A DNA stretch of 64,000 nt from a bacterium (lineage in GTDB: Bacteria > Zhuqueibacterota > Zhuqueibacteria > Residuimicrobiales > Krinioviventaceae). A program made the translations under genes and the position numbers. Of this stretch, positions 18,965 through 27,902 are shown piece by piece; the stretch's first letter is position 1, and each line of letters opens with the position of its first letter. The DNA lies in contig OY843751.1 in assembly GCA_963693055.1 (NCBI GenBank), positions 5,888,001-5,952,000 on the forward strand, given 5' to 3'. A model generated the notes under the pieces. The model made no database searches. It was not told the DNA's origin and was given only the letters and a program-made list of their open reading frames with translations.

Positions 18965-21766
18965 ATGTGCATTATGGAAAATTCCACAAAATTTGTCCGC
19001 GTTGTTCTTGTTTCATTGCTTATGCTCCTCATGTTCCACCCATCTTTTTCAGCAAAAGATGAAGATTGCCTCATGTGTCATGCCGATGCAACCCTTACTA
19101 TGGAAAAAAACGGTAAAACAATTTCCGTTTTTGTTCCGGAAAACACATTAAAGGGTACCGTGCATGAAGAAAATGGATGCGTATCGTGCCATATTGACGC
19201 AGATGTTGAAGATTTTCCGCATGATACTCCGCTTGAAAAGGTGGATTGCAACATGTGTCATGATGATATTGGTGAAGATATGGCCCTTAGCACCCATGGC
19301 ATTGCACATGCAAAAGGTGATAAAGACGCACCCGTCTGTATCGATTGTCATAACAAGCATACGATATTAAAAAATACAAACCCAAAATCTTCTACATATG
19401 TTATGAACATCCCTATGCTATGTGGACAATGTCACAGTGAAGACAGCGAAGTTGCGCGCCGGCACAGAATCACCCAGTCTGACATTATTCAAAACTATAC
19501 CATGTCCATCCATGGAGAAGGTTTGTTCCAGGGTGGACTCATTGTTACCGCCGTTTGTACCAACTGCCATACCTCTCACAATGTGTTACCGCATACAAAC
19601 CCCAAATCCTCCATACATAGAGATAATATTGCAGGTACCTGTATGCAGTGCCACGCGCAGATTGAACGCGTACACCAAAAAGTGATCAAAGGTGAATTGT
19701 GGGAAAAACAACCCAACGCCATACCCGCCTGTGTGGATTGTCATTCACCTCACAAAATACGCCGTGTTTTTTACGCGGAAGAATTTACAGATCATTATTG
19801 CATGAATTGCCACGAAAAACAAGACCTTACCCGCAAACTGAAAGACGGAACCATAGATTCATTATATGTAGATGTGAGCGACTTGCAGCATTCCATTCAC
19901 GGACAAAATATTTCCTGTATCAAATGTCATACAAACGTCAGCAGGGGTAAACGTCCTGTTTGTCAAGATTCCGGCCCGGTAGATTGTTCCATTTGTCATG
20001 TTGAACAAGCTGACAATTTCTATTCCAGCATCCATGGCGAATTGTTTGCCAAAGGCGATGAAAATGCCCCTAGCTGTACCAACTGTCATGGTGGCCACAA
20101 GATCCTTGCCGGAGATAATTTGGAATCTCCAACCTTTACTCGTAATATTCCGGCTCTTTGCGCGCAATGTCACAGAGAAGGAGAAAAAGCCGCGGTAAGG
20201 TATACCGGCAAAGAAACCCAGGTTATAGAACATTACACCATGAGTATTCACGGCAAAGGTTTGTTTGACAGCGGACTCATGGTATCTGCCGTTTGCAGCG
20301 ATTGCCATACACCTCACAATGCTCTGCCAGCTAGCGATCCTGAATCAAGCGTGCACGATACCAATGTGGGCAAAACCTGCTCAAAATGTCACTTGGGTAT
20401 TTACGAGACATTTAAATCCTCCATTCACAGCCCCCTGGTATCCAAAACAGATAAAAAGCTACCTGCATGTAACGATTGCCACAAATCGCACGAAATTGAA
20501 CGTGTAGACCGTGACGATTTTCGTGCGCAGATACTGGGACAGTGCGGTCACTGTCATGAGGATGTTACAGAGACCTATTTTGAAACCTATCACGGCAAAG
20601 TTTCAAAACTGGGTTCAGAAAAAGCAGCCAAATGTTCCGACTGTCACGGTTCTCATAATATATTGCCGCCAACGAATATCGCTTCAACACTCAGTCGTGA
20701 CAATATCATAGAAACCTGTAAACAATGCCATCCCAATTCAAACCGCAAATTTACCGGCTATCTTACACATGCAACACATCATAATCGCGACAAATACCCG
20801 GCATTGTTTTACACGTTCTGGTTTATGACCTTTCTGGTTATAGGCGTTTTTGCTTTTTTCGGAATCCATACCATATTGTGGATCCCCCGGTCAATTCGAG
20901 AACGTATACGTATACACAAACATCTGTCCAAACACCCCAAACGCTGGATTGTTCGTTTTGGCAGGCTACCCAGAACACTGCATTTAATGGTCATTGTAAG
21001 CTTTTTGGGCCTTGCCTTAACCGGAATGAGCTTGAAATTTGCCGGTTACGAGTGGGCCTATAATATAAGCCAGTTCTTTGGCGGAGCCGAAGGCGCCGGC
21101 ATTGTTCATAGAATTTGTGCAATCATCACATTTCTCTATTTTATTCTCCACTTTGTATACATTGGTCGTGAAGCTAAAAAGAAAGGCATGAATTATTGGA
21201 AATTCATGTTTAACAAAAACGGAATGATTCCCACAAAACAGGATTTTATAGACTTTTTTCATACCATTCTCTGGTTCCTGGGTCGAAAAAAAGCTCCCCA
21301 TTATGGCAGGTGGACTTATTGGGAAAAATTTGATTACTTTGCTGTATTTTGGGGTGTTGCGGTTATTGGTTCAACGGGACTTGTGCTCTGGTTCCCGGAA
21401 TTCTTTACTCGTTTTTTACCAGGCTACCTGATCAATGTAGCAACAATCATTCATAGCGATGAAGCCTTGTTAGCAACCGGATTTATTTTTACAATCCACT
21501 TTTTCAACACGCATTTCAGACCCCAAAAATTCCCTATGGACCCGGTTATATTTACCGGCAAAGTTCCATACGAAGAATGGAAACTGGAAAGACCCAAAGA
21601 ATATCAGCAATTAAAAGAAACCGGAGAACTGGAAGGTTTAACGCGTGAAACTGAACCTCCCAGATGGTTAAATATTCTGTCCCGCATTTTTGGTTTCTTT
21701 TTCCTCTTATTAGGCCTGAGCCTGGTGGTTATGATTATTTGGGCAATGCTGACACAATATAAATAA
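18965..21766 (+). CDS. CbcL-like inner-membrane c/b cytochrome with 19 c-heme motifs
   Basis: 19 CxxCH counted; C-terminal cytochrome b domain (LHLMV, IVHRI, RWTYWEKFDYFAVFWG, IIHSDEALLA, IHFFNTH). Start may be ATG 18974. Confidence 0.85.
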   Translation: MCIMENSTKFVRVVLVSLLMLLMFHPSFSAKDEDCLMCHADATLTMEKNGKTISVFVPENTLKGTVHEENGCVSCHIDADVEDFPHDTPLEKVDCNMCHDDIGEDMALSTHGIAHAKGDKDAPVCIDCHNKHTILKNTNPKSSTYVMNIPMLCGQCHSEDSEVARRHRITQSDIIQNYTMSIHGEGLFQGGLIVTAVCTNCHTSHNVLPHTNPKSSIHRDNIAGTCMQCHAQIERVHQKVIKGELWEKQPNAIPACVDCHSPHKIRRVFYAEEFTDHYCMNCHEKQDLTRKLKDGTIDSLYVDVSDLQHSIHGQNISCIKCHTNVSRGKRPVCQDSGPVDCSICHVEQADNFYSSIHGELFAKGDENAPSCTNCHGGHKILAGDNLESPTFTRNIPALCAQCHREGEKAAVRYTGKETQVIEHYTMSIHGKGLFDSGLMVSAVCSDCHTPHNALPASDPESSVHDTNVGKTCSKCHLGIYETFKSSIHSPLVSKTDKKLPACNDCHKSHEIERVDRDDFRAQILGQCGHCHEDVTETYFETYHGKVSKLGSEKAAKCSDCHGSHNILPPTNIASTLSRDNIIETCKQCHPNSNRKFTGYLTHATHHNRDKYPALFYTFWFMTFLVIGVFAFFGIHTILWIPRSIRERIRIHKHLSKHPKRWIVRFGRLPRTLHLMVIVSFLGLALTGMSLKFAGYEWAYNISQFFGGAEGAGIVHRICAIITFLYFILHFVYIGREAKKKGMNYWKFMFNKNGMIPTKQDFIDFFHTILWFLGRKKAPHYGRWTYWEKFDYFAVFWGVAVIGSTGLVLWFPEFFTRFLPGYLINVATIIHSDEALLATGFIFTIHFFNTHFRPQKFPMDPVIFTGKVPYEEWKLERPKEYQQLKETGELEGLTRETEPPRWLNILSRIFGFFFLLLGLSLVVMIIWAMLTQYK

Positions 21767-21767
21767 A

Positions 21768-21799
21768 AAAAAGGCAAAGGATAACTCCTTTGCCTTTTT
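21768..21799. terminator. Bidirectional intrinsic terminator
   Basis: AAAAAGGCAAAGG-ataact-CCTTTGCCTTTTT between convergent genes. Confidence 0.88.
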
Positions 21800-21820
21800 A
21801 TAACATAAAACTCTTGGCAG

Positions 21821-22906
21821 CTAGAACGCTTCAACCACCAAAGCATAAATAGACATGGTTCCCCACTCATCAAAGCCCAGATCCAACCGGGCATTGATTT
21901 TCTCTCTTGTATCAAACATGAATCGAATTCCCGCACCATAACTGACTTTAAAATCCCGCAGGTGAAAATGATCAACCTTGCATGCAACATCTCCCAATCC
22001 GGCAAAAAACACACCTCCAAAACGCCAGAACAATGGATACCTATACTCGGTTTGCATGGTAATCATATTATTATCCCGATACCGGCCAAAATAATAACCT
22101 CGCATCCAATAAGATCCGCCAAGCAGACCCATCATCTGAAATGGGGGATTCCCATCTATAAAGATGTTATAGCTGTGAAAGGCAAGCACGTGGTTCCTGA
22201 ATATGGGCATATAATGGCGCAGATCCAGGGTATACATTGTAAAATCAAAATCACTTCCAATAGCTGAACCAAAAGAGACCGCATAAAACTGATGATAATG
22301 ACCACTCGTTGGAAAATAAGTGTGATTACGCGTATCCCAGTTTACAAGAATACCCAAACCCGATGCCGCCCCGTCACCACTCCCAGGTATTGTTTGATAT
22401 TGCAATATACCATTGGGATCTGTTTCTTTTAAAGCAATATACTCAAACTGGTAACGGATACCGGTATACAATCCCGGTAATATCCGCTTTTGGATGTTGG
22501 TAAAGGTTCGAATTAACGAGGGGGTAAAATCTTCTTCACTTTCATCAGGAGTATTGCTGCCTGCACCCCAGTATTTATCAGGATATTTATAATAATTATA
22601 GGTGCCGTTTACAAGCCATGCTTCATTATTAAAATAAAGCTCCGGTTGAATGGCAAATAACAATTGTTTTCTCTGTGTAAACGTCAGTGCAACTTTGATG
22701 TTTGATGGGCGAACATCCGTCTTGCTGTCTGCTGCTCTAAATGAATAAACACTCCCCACACCCGCAGCTATATCCGTTTCCGGAGTAAAATAAGCATAAG
22801 GAAGAGCAACCAAACTGTTTCTGTTTTGATCCTGCGCATGGGCAAGAACAAAAAGCAGCAATAACAAAATTGCGCTCAATCGAATTTTAAACATACATTT
22901 TTTCAT
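21821..22906 (-). CDS. Omp85 (BamA/TamA-like) beta-barrel protein without POTRA domains
   Basis: Signal peptide (AHA/Q); WDTRNHTYFPTSG, LGGSYWMRGY, EYRYPL, SYGAGIRF, terminal EAF. Start placed at ATG 22906. Confidence 0.8.
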   Translation of the reverse strand: MKKCMFKIRLSAILLLLLFVLAHAQDQNRNSLVALPYAYFTPETDIAAGVGSVYSFRAADSKTDVRPSNIKVALTFTQRKQLLFAIQPELYFNNEAWLVNGTYNYYKYPDKYWGAGSNTPDESEEDFTPSLIRTFTNIQKRILPGLYTGIRYQFEYIALKETDPNGILQYQTIPGSGDGAASGLGILVNWDTRNHTYFPTSGHYHQFYAVSFGSAIGSDFDFTMYTLDLRHYMPIFRNHVLAFHSYNIFIDGNPPFQMMGLLGGSYWMRGYYFGRYRDNNMITMQTEYRYPLFWRFGGVFFAGLGDVACKVDHFHLRDFKVSYGAGIRFMFDTREKINARLDLGFDEWGTMSIYALVVEAF

Positions 22907-22950
22907 GTTTACAATGTATAAATATCTCGAAACTATTACAATCATTATAT

Positions 22951-22982
22951 AAAAAAACCCCGCCAAAAGTATAAGCGGGGTT
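22951..22982 (-). terminator. Intrinsic terminator
   Basis: AACCCCGC...GCGGGGTT stem followed by a T tract on the minus strand. Confidence 0.8.
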
Positions 22983-23145
22983 ATTAAACTATAAGCATCC
23001 GGATTACCTGGTGCTAACAAGCTTCACCGGAGGCTCTTATTATCGTACTAATAATAATAAGATCACCTCCTTTCAACAGGGCATCCGTATTCACATCGAG
23101 TCGCTCCCTGTCAGCAACCCAACGTAGCGTGAATTAGGTAGCTTT
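22951..23145 (-). ncRNA. Candidate structured RNA of unknown family
   Basis: Several nested helices, G-U pairs favouring the minus strand, TAAAAT -10-like element at 23151-23156 and a terminator at the 3' end. Confidence 0.5.
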
Positions 23146-23184
23146 GCTATATTTTAAAACCATTTCCTTATTCTATTTATTCCG

Positions 23185-24687
23185 TTATATCGGTGGAGAA
23201 GAGTGACATTCGCTGCAATTTAGATATTGCCAGTCTCCATCAATATCAACCGGATGAACAAAATCAAGTGCGTCACGGGTTGAAGTAAACTGAACATCAC
23301 CTTCTTTACCCTGTGCCGTAATTAAATGACAATCATTACATGTCTTCGATATCACATCACCATCATCACTTTCATGCAGATCATCATGACACCTGAAACA
23401 ACCATTCGATGTCATATGACCTATATGGTTAGGATAGCCTTCCCAGGTCACTTTCATTTCCGGAAAAATGTTTTGCGAAAAAGCTTCCTGAACACCAATG
23501 ACAGATTTTAATAACCTGCCTTTATTTAAAATGGCATCGGGATAATTTTCTTCATAAAATGTTGTTAAATACTCTTTAATACCGTCCATTGCCAGCTCTG
23601 TTGATTCATATTCCTGTAAACATGCTTCAATAGCAGCCTGTTTTACCATTGGCAACGATGCATCTATTTGACCACTGGCAATTGCAATATTGATAAAACT
23701 AGATGGATCATTATAAATGTGACTGGGTCGGTTATGACAGTCAATACAATCCATTGTGCGTCTTTCAATATATTCCGCATCCTCGTCCAGAGGTTCATCG
23801 GTATTGTTATACGTTGTAACCTTGCCTGTGACTTTATTGGTCAGAATAACCTGAGGTATAGTTTCTCTTTTTTCATCTGTAGTGATATACTCTATTTTAA
23901 TATCGGGATTAATATGCCAGTGAATACCTGTCGATTGCCCCATACTCGGGTTTCCGCCACCGGTGTTCATCAACATGTCAATCTCCCAGCGCGTATTCTC
24001 CTCATCGGCAAGATAATAATATTCCATGCGCTGCTGCTTGCCATAAATTTTTTGCGGCCAGTGACACTCTTCGCAGGTCTCTCTTGCGGGTCTCAAATTC
24101 TCAACAGGCGTGGGTATGGGTTTGGGATATTTGTTTGTTAGGGTTGCATACACCTGGTATAATCCACTCAATTTAGATTTTACATACCAGTTCGCCCCTT
24201 CTCCCACATGACATTCTGCGCAGGTAACCCGGGCATGTGGTGAATTATGATAGGCGGTATATTCGGGTATCATTAAATTGTGGCACAAAGTCCCGCAAAA
24301 GGTTACAGACTCTGTATAATGATAAGCTTCATAGCTGCCCAATGCAGATAGAAACAGAAAAACCAGAGTACAAATTGTAAATATGATTGTAGCGTTTCTA
24401 TGTCTGGGATTATTCAGGTCAAGTATTGGAAAATCATCCGATACTTTTTTACCCAACTTTTTCTCTCTTCTTGATTTTCGCAACATTCCAATGGGAATCA
24501 ATAAAAGCCCCAAAATAATAAATGCAGGTACTATCATAAAAATGACAATCCCCACATAGGCTTTATCTAATGATGATAACGAAGATAATACATAAAGAAA
24601 AACAAACATAAATGTTGCGATGAGCGCAATTGCGGCACCAGTGTAGGAAATTATGTTGTAAAAGGACCGTGGTAAATGAAGTTTCAT
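23185..24687 (-). CDS. ImcH-like NapC/NirT family multiheme membrane cytochrome c
   Basis: Three N-terminal TM helices; FCGTLCH (CX3CH) plus 6 CxxCH; SPHARVTCAECHVG, YPKPIPTPVENLRPARETCEECHWP. Start ATG 24687. Confidence 0.85.
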   Translation of the reverse strand: MKLHLPRSFYNIISYTGAAIALIATFMFVFLYVLSSLSSLDKAYVGIVIFMIVPAFIILGLLLIPIGMLRKSRREKKLGKKVSDDFPILDLNNPRHRNATIIFTICTLVFLFLSALGSYEAYHYTESVTFCGTLCHNLMIPEYTAYHNSPHARVTCAECHVGEGANWYVKSKLSGLYQVYATLTNKYPKPIPTPVENLRPARETCEECHWPQKIYGKQQRMEYYYLADEENTRWEIDMLMNTGGGNPSMGQSTGIHWHINPDIKIEYITTDEKRETIPQVILTNKVTGKVTTYNNTDEPLDEDAEYIERRTMDCIDCHNRPSHIYNDPSSFINIAIASGQIDASLPMVKQAAIEACLQEYESTELAMDGIKEYLTTFYEENYPDAILNKGRLLKSVIGVQEAFSQNIFPEMKVTWEGYPNHIGHMTSNGCFRCHDDLHESDDGDVISKTCNDCHLITAQGKEGDVQFTSTRDALDFVHPVDIDGDWQYLNCSECHSSPPI

Positions 24688-24843
24688 TGTTCGCCCTTTC
24701 AAATTGGTTATATATTTAACAATATAGATTTTAAACATACAACGCAACACTTATTACATATTAATTTTACACGGTTCCGCAATCTGCTTGGCAATTTCTA
24801 TTCATCTTTTTTTAAAAAATGTTTTTACAATCATCAAATCAAA

Positions 24844-25260
24844 CTATCTCTTGAATAAACGAACTATTAGTGCATCCAGGCTATATTTCCCTGGCCCCAT
24901 AAGTAAGGTTGCAGCAGAAATGATTGCAAATGTTAACGGTAACTCTTTTCTACCAAAAGGATCGTCAGCATGGGCACCAAAAGCAGCAACCAGCATTGTA
25001 AATATTACAAACAACAACGCCGGTCTGAAAAACAAACCCAATATGATGAAAATACCACCTAAAAATTCACTAAAAGCCGCCGCATATGCAAAAAATTCAG
25101 GAAATGGAAAGCCCAAATCGGCCACCCCTCCGGCAAAACCTTCTATATTACCAAAAACTTTTTTATACCCATGCATAGCCATCATTGATCCTAACCAGAT
25201 TCTCAACAAGAGTATAGATACATCTGCGAGTGTTACTTTTGTATTTAATATTTTGAGCAT
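24844..25260 (-). CDS. DoxX family membrane protein
   Basis: LLRIWLG..M..HGYKK, EFLGG, GPGKYSLD. Confidence 0.9.
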   Translation of the reverse strand: MLKILNTKVTLADVSILLLRIWLGSMMAMHGYKKVFGNIEGFAGGVADLGFPFPEFFAYAAAFSEFLGGIFIILGLFFRPALLFVIFTMLVAAFGAHADDPFGRKELPLTFAIISAATLLMGPGKYSLDALIVRLFKR

Positions 25261-25346
25261 AAATCACCTCTTTTGAATAACATTTCCGTCAAAACGGAAC
25301 ACCTTTTATTTTTACGAGTTTAATATAATGACAGTCTAACTAAAAA

Positions 25347-26384
25347 GTGATGACCATGAACAATACATTGTTTGAATATATGATATCTACACCCCATCCC
25401 GCAGTAACAGATGGAGAAACAATCGGGTATTCACGCAAAGGTCAACCTATTCAGGCTTTTCGTTTGGGTTCGGGTTCACTGAATATCAGCCTTATTGGCG
25501 GATTACATGCAGATGAGCCCGTGGGTCCCCGATTTTTACGGCATTTCACCACTTTTTTACGTATGCTGCCAAACAATCATATGCTATTAACAAAATTTAC
25601 GTGGTGGATCATCCCGCATGGGAATCCGGATGGAGAATTAAACAATGCGATTTGGACTGCAAAAGGTAATGGCTTTTACCAACTGTCCAACTATTTATTA
25701 TCTGCTGTGCGAGAAGCTCCGGGCGATGATATGGAGTTTGGCTTTCCTATAGATCAGCACGATAAACACGCGCGTCCTGAGAATAAAGCGATTTATCGCT
25801 GGTGGGAAACTGCGGAAAATCCATTTCAGCTTCACATGTCTTGTCATGGCATGCTGTTTGGTGAAGGCCCCTGGTTTTTAATTGACTCAACATGGATCAG
25901 CAGAAGCAAACCAATCATAGAATCATGCACCGCGCTTACGGAAGAGCTGGGTTATCGGTTAAATGACAGTAATCGCCAAGGCGAAAAGGGCTTTACGCGA
26001 ATTACCAAAGGCTTTAGTACACGCCCCGATTCCAAATACATGAAAGAATATTTTATGGATTTGAACGAGCCGGAAATGGCTGCAAAATTCCGTCCCAGTT
26101 CCATGGAAGCGATCCGCTCCATTAGCGGAGATACCCTTACACTGGTTTCTGAAACACCGCTTTTTCTTGTACCACAAACATTTGATTCTAACATCAGCCA
26201 GACAAGCATAACACAAAAATGGCGCGAACAATTTGACATTTGGCGCAGAGATGGCAATCCGGAACGTATCGAAAAAGAAGCAAATATGCTGGGAATTAAA
26301 CCCATGGCGGTTAAAGATCAGATGAAGATCATTTTCTCGTTTCTGTTTTCCGGTCTATCCTTAATTGAACCCATAGAAATTTGA
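25347..26384 (+). CDS. M14 family zinc carboxypeptidase-like protein
   Basis: IGYSRKGQPI, GLHADEP (HxxE), NPDG, RPEN, MSCHG. Confidence 0.75.
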   Translation: MMTMNNTLFEYMISTPHPAVTDGETIGYSRKGQPIQAFRLGSGSLNISLIGGLHADEPVGPRFLRHFTTFLRMLPNNHMLLTKFTWWIIPHGNPDGELNNAIWTAKGNGFYQLSNYLLSAVREAPGDDMEFGFPIDQHDKHARPENKAIYRWWETAENPFQLHMSCHGMLFGEGPWFLIDSTWISRSKPIIESCTALTEELGYRLNDSNRQGEKGFTRITKGFSTRPDSKYMKEYFMDLNEPEMAAKFRPSSMEAIRSISGDTLTLVSETPLFLVPQTFDSNISQTSITQKWREQFDIWRRDGNPERIEKEANMLGIKPMAVKDQMKIIFSFLFSGLSLIEPIEI

Positions 26385-26455
26385 CCCTCATAAACGCGCG
26401 TTTTGTCTCAATGGTTAGCAACGACATTATTAAAACAAACCGCGCGTTTACCCAT

Positions 26456-26486
26456 AAAAAAAGCCCGTGCTGAATCAACCCGGGCT
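26456..26486 (-). terminator. Intrinsic terminator after lemA
   Basis: AGCCCG...CGGGCT stem with a T tract on the minus strand. Confidence 0.75.
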
Positions 26487-26506
26487 AATAAAATCTTAAA
26501 TTCAGA

Positions 26507-27124
26507 TTATTTATTTCCAAAATCCACTTTGGGTGCTTGCTGAGCTTCCTCAGGCGCTTCAAAATAAGCTCGCTGTTGAAAACCAAACATACCGGCAAAA
26601 AGATTGGTGGGAAACATGCGTATCTTGCGGTTATATGCCTGCACTGATTCGTTAAAACGTCTCCGCTCTACCGCTATACGGTTTTCCGTTCCCGCCAACT
26701 CGTCCTGCAAGCGAATAAAATTTTCATTTGCTTTTAACTCAGGATACCTTTCAACAACCACCATCAAGCGCCCCAAAGCCTGGGTCAGGTTGTTTTGTGC
26801 CTGTGAAAACTGTTCCATCTGTTGAGGGTTATTTAACAACCCTTCTGCGTTTATATTTGGGCGTGTTGCATTGGCACGTGCCTGTACAACAGCTTCAAGG
26901 GTTTCCCGTTCGTGACTGGCATATCCTTTAACAGTTTCAACAAGGTTGGGAATCAAATCAAACCTTCTTTGTAATACATTTTCAACCTGGGCCCAATTGC
27001 CGTTCACCTGCTCATCCAGTTGGACCAGTCCATTGTACATATTCTTGAACATTCCAACAAGGATAAACCCAATAACAAGGATGACGATCAAGGCACCGCA
27101 TCCTATTTTCATACCTTTAGACAT
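26507..27124 (-). CDS. lemA: LemA family protein
   Basis: WAQVENVLQRRFDLIPNLVETVKGY, ERYPELKANENF, LAGTENRIAVERRRFN. Confidence 0.93.
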   Translation of the reverse strand: MSKGMKIGCGALIVILVIGFILVGMFKNMYNGLVQLDEQVNGNWAQVENVLQRRFDLIPNLVETVKGYASHERETLEAVVQARANATRPNINAEGLLNNPQQMEQFSQAQNNLTQALGRLMVVVERYPELKANENFIRLQDELAGTENRIAVERRRFNESVQAYNRKIRMFPTNLFAGMFGFQQRAYFEAPEEAQQAPKVDFGNK

Positions 27125-27138
27125 TCATGCTCTCCTGT

Positions 27139-27867
27139 TTACTTGATTTGGTCTACAATATTACTCAATTTTCTAATTTCTTCTATGTAACGTTCTGTTA
27201 ATTCAACTAATTCCGCGGTAGAGTGTTTTGATGTTTTACTCCACACGCTGATAATTTCCTGAAAAACCTGCCTATCAAGATCAAACACCTCGGCAGTTTT
27301 TAACAATGTTTCATCTTTATGCTTTGGCGTATCAATATCCTTTAATTCAAGCAATGCAGTAAAAATTGATGCAAAAGTTGGTATTGTTATAGATAGCATT
27401 TCAATCAACGCATCTTTTTTACCCACAGTCAGCATAAAGTTTTTACGTAAATGCAGTAACTTTCCTTTGACCTGCTCTTCACATTTTAAACGTAAATCTG
27501 TTTTAGATATCTCTATTTCTGAAAGAATGTCTTTACCAAAAACAGGTTTATGATACATTTTCATATTCAAAAACTCTATGGGAAAACTGTCCAGAGAGGA
27601 TTGAATATAATTCTCTGTTAGAAACAACGGTACCGATACAGACCGTTTGCTCCAGCGTTTTACCAAATCAAAGGACTTGCTTAGCTTTTGAATACCTGAT
27701 TCACTCAGCACAACCAAAAAATTTATATCAGATTTTTTGTATTGATACTCGCCTTTGGCCCCGCTGCCGTATAAAGCTATAGATACAACCTCGTCGCCAA
27801 AAACAGACTGTATGTCTTGCGTAAACTCGGGAAAAATCTCTTCAGGAGTTTGAGGTATTTTAGACAT
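27139..27867 (-). CDS. Pol-beta-like nucleotidyltransferase-fold protein
   Basis: True start ATG 27867 (MSKIPQT) after GGAGG; IALYGSGAKGEY...SDINFLVVL. Confidence 0.75.
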   Translation of the reverse strand: MSKIPQTPEEIFPEFTQDIQSVFGDEVVSIALYGSGAKGEYQYKKSDINFLVVLSESGIQKLSKSFDLVKRWSKRSVSVPLFLTENYIQSSLDSFPIEFLNMKMYHKPVFGKDILSEIEISKTDLRLKCEEQVKGKLLHLRKNFMLTVGKKDALIEMLSITIPTFASIFTALLELKDIDTPKHKDETLLKTAEVFDLDRQVFQEIISVWSKTSKHSTAELVELTERYIEEIRKLSNIVDQIK

Positions 27868-27902
27868 GTAAAGGCCTCCATTTTCTATTTTAATTTTTAA
27901 AA

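Noticed and set aside
23061-23074. GATCACCTCCTTTC as a 16S rRNA 3' fragment
   Set aside because: The match is only 14 nt and the flanks show no other 16S sequence.
23020-23135. c-di-AMP (ydaO) or c-di-GMP riboswitch
   Set aside because: CCCTGTCAGCAACC..CGTAGCG and GCAAAGC/GCCTCCGG resemble fragments only. The other conserved blocks are absent and no plus-strand gene follows.
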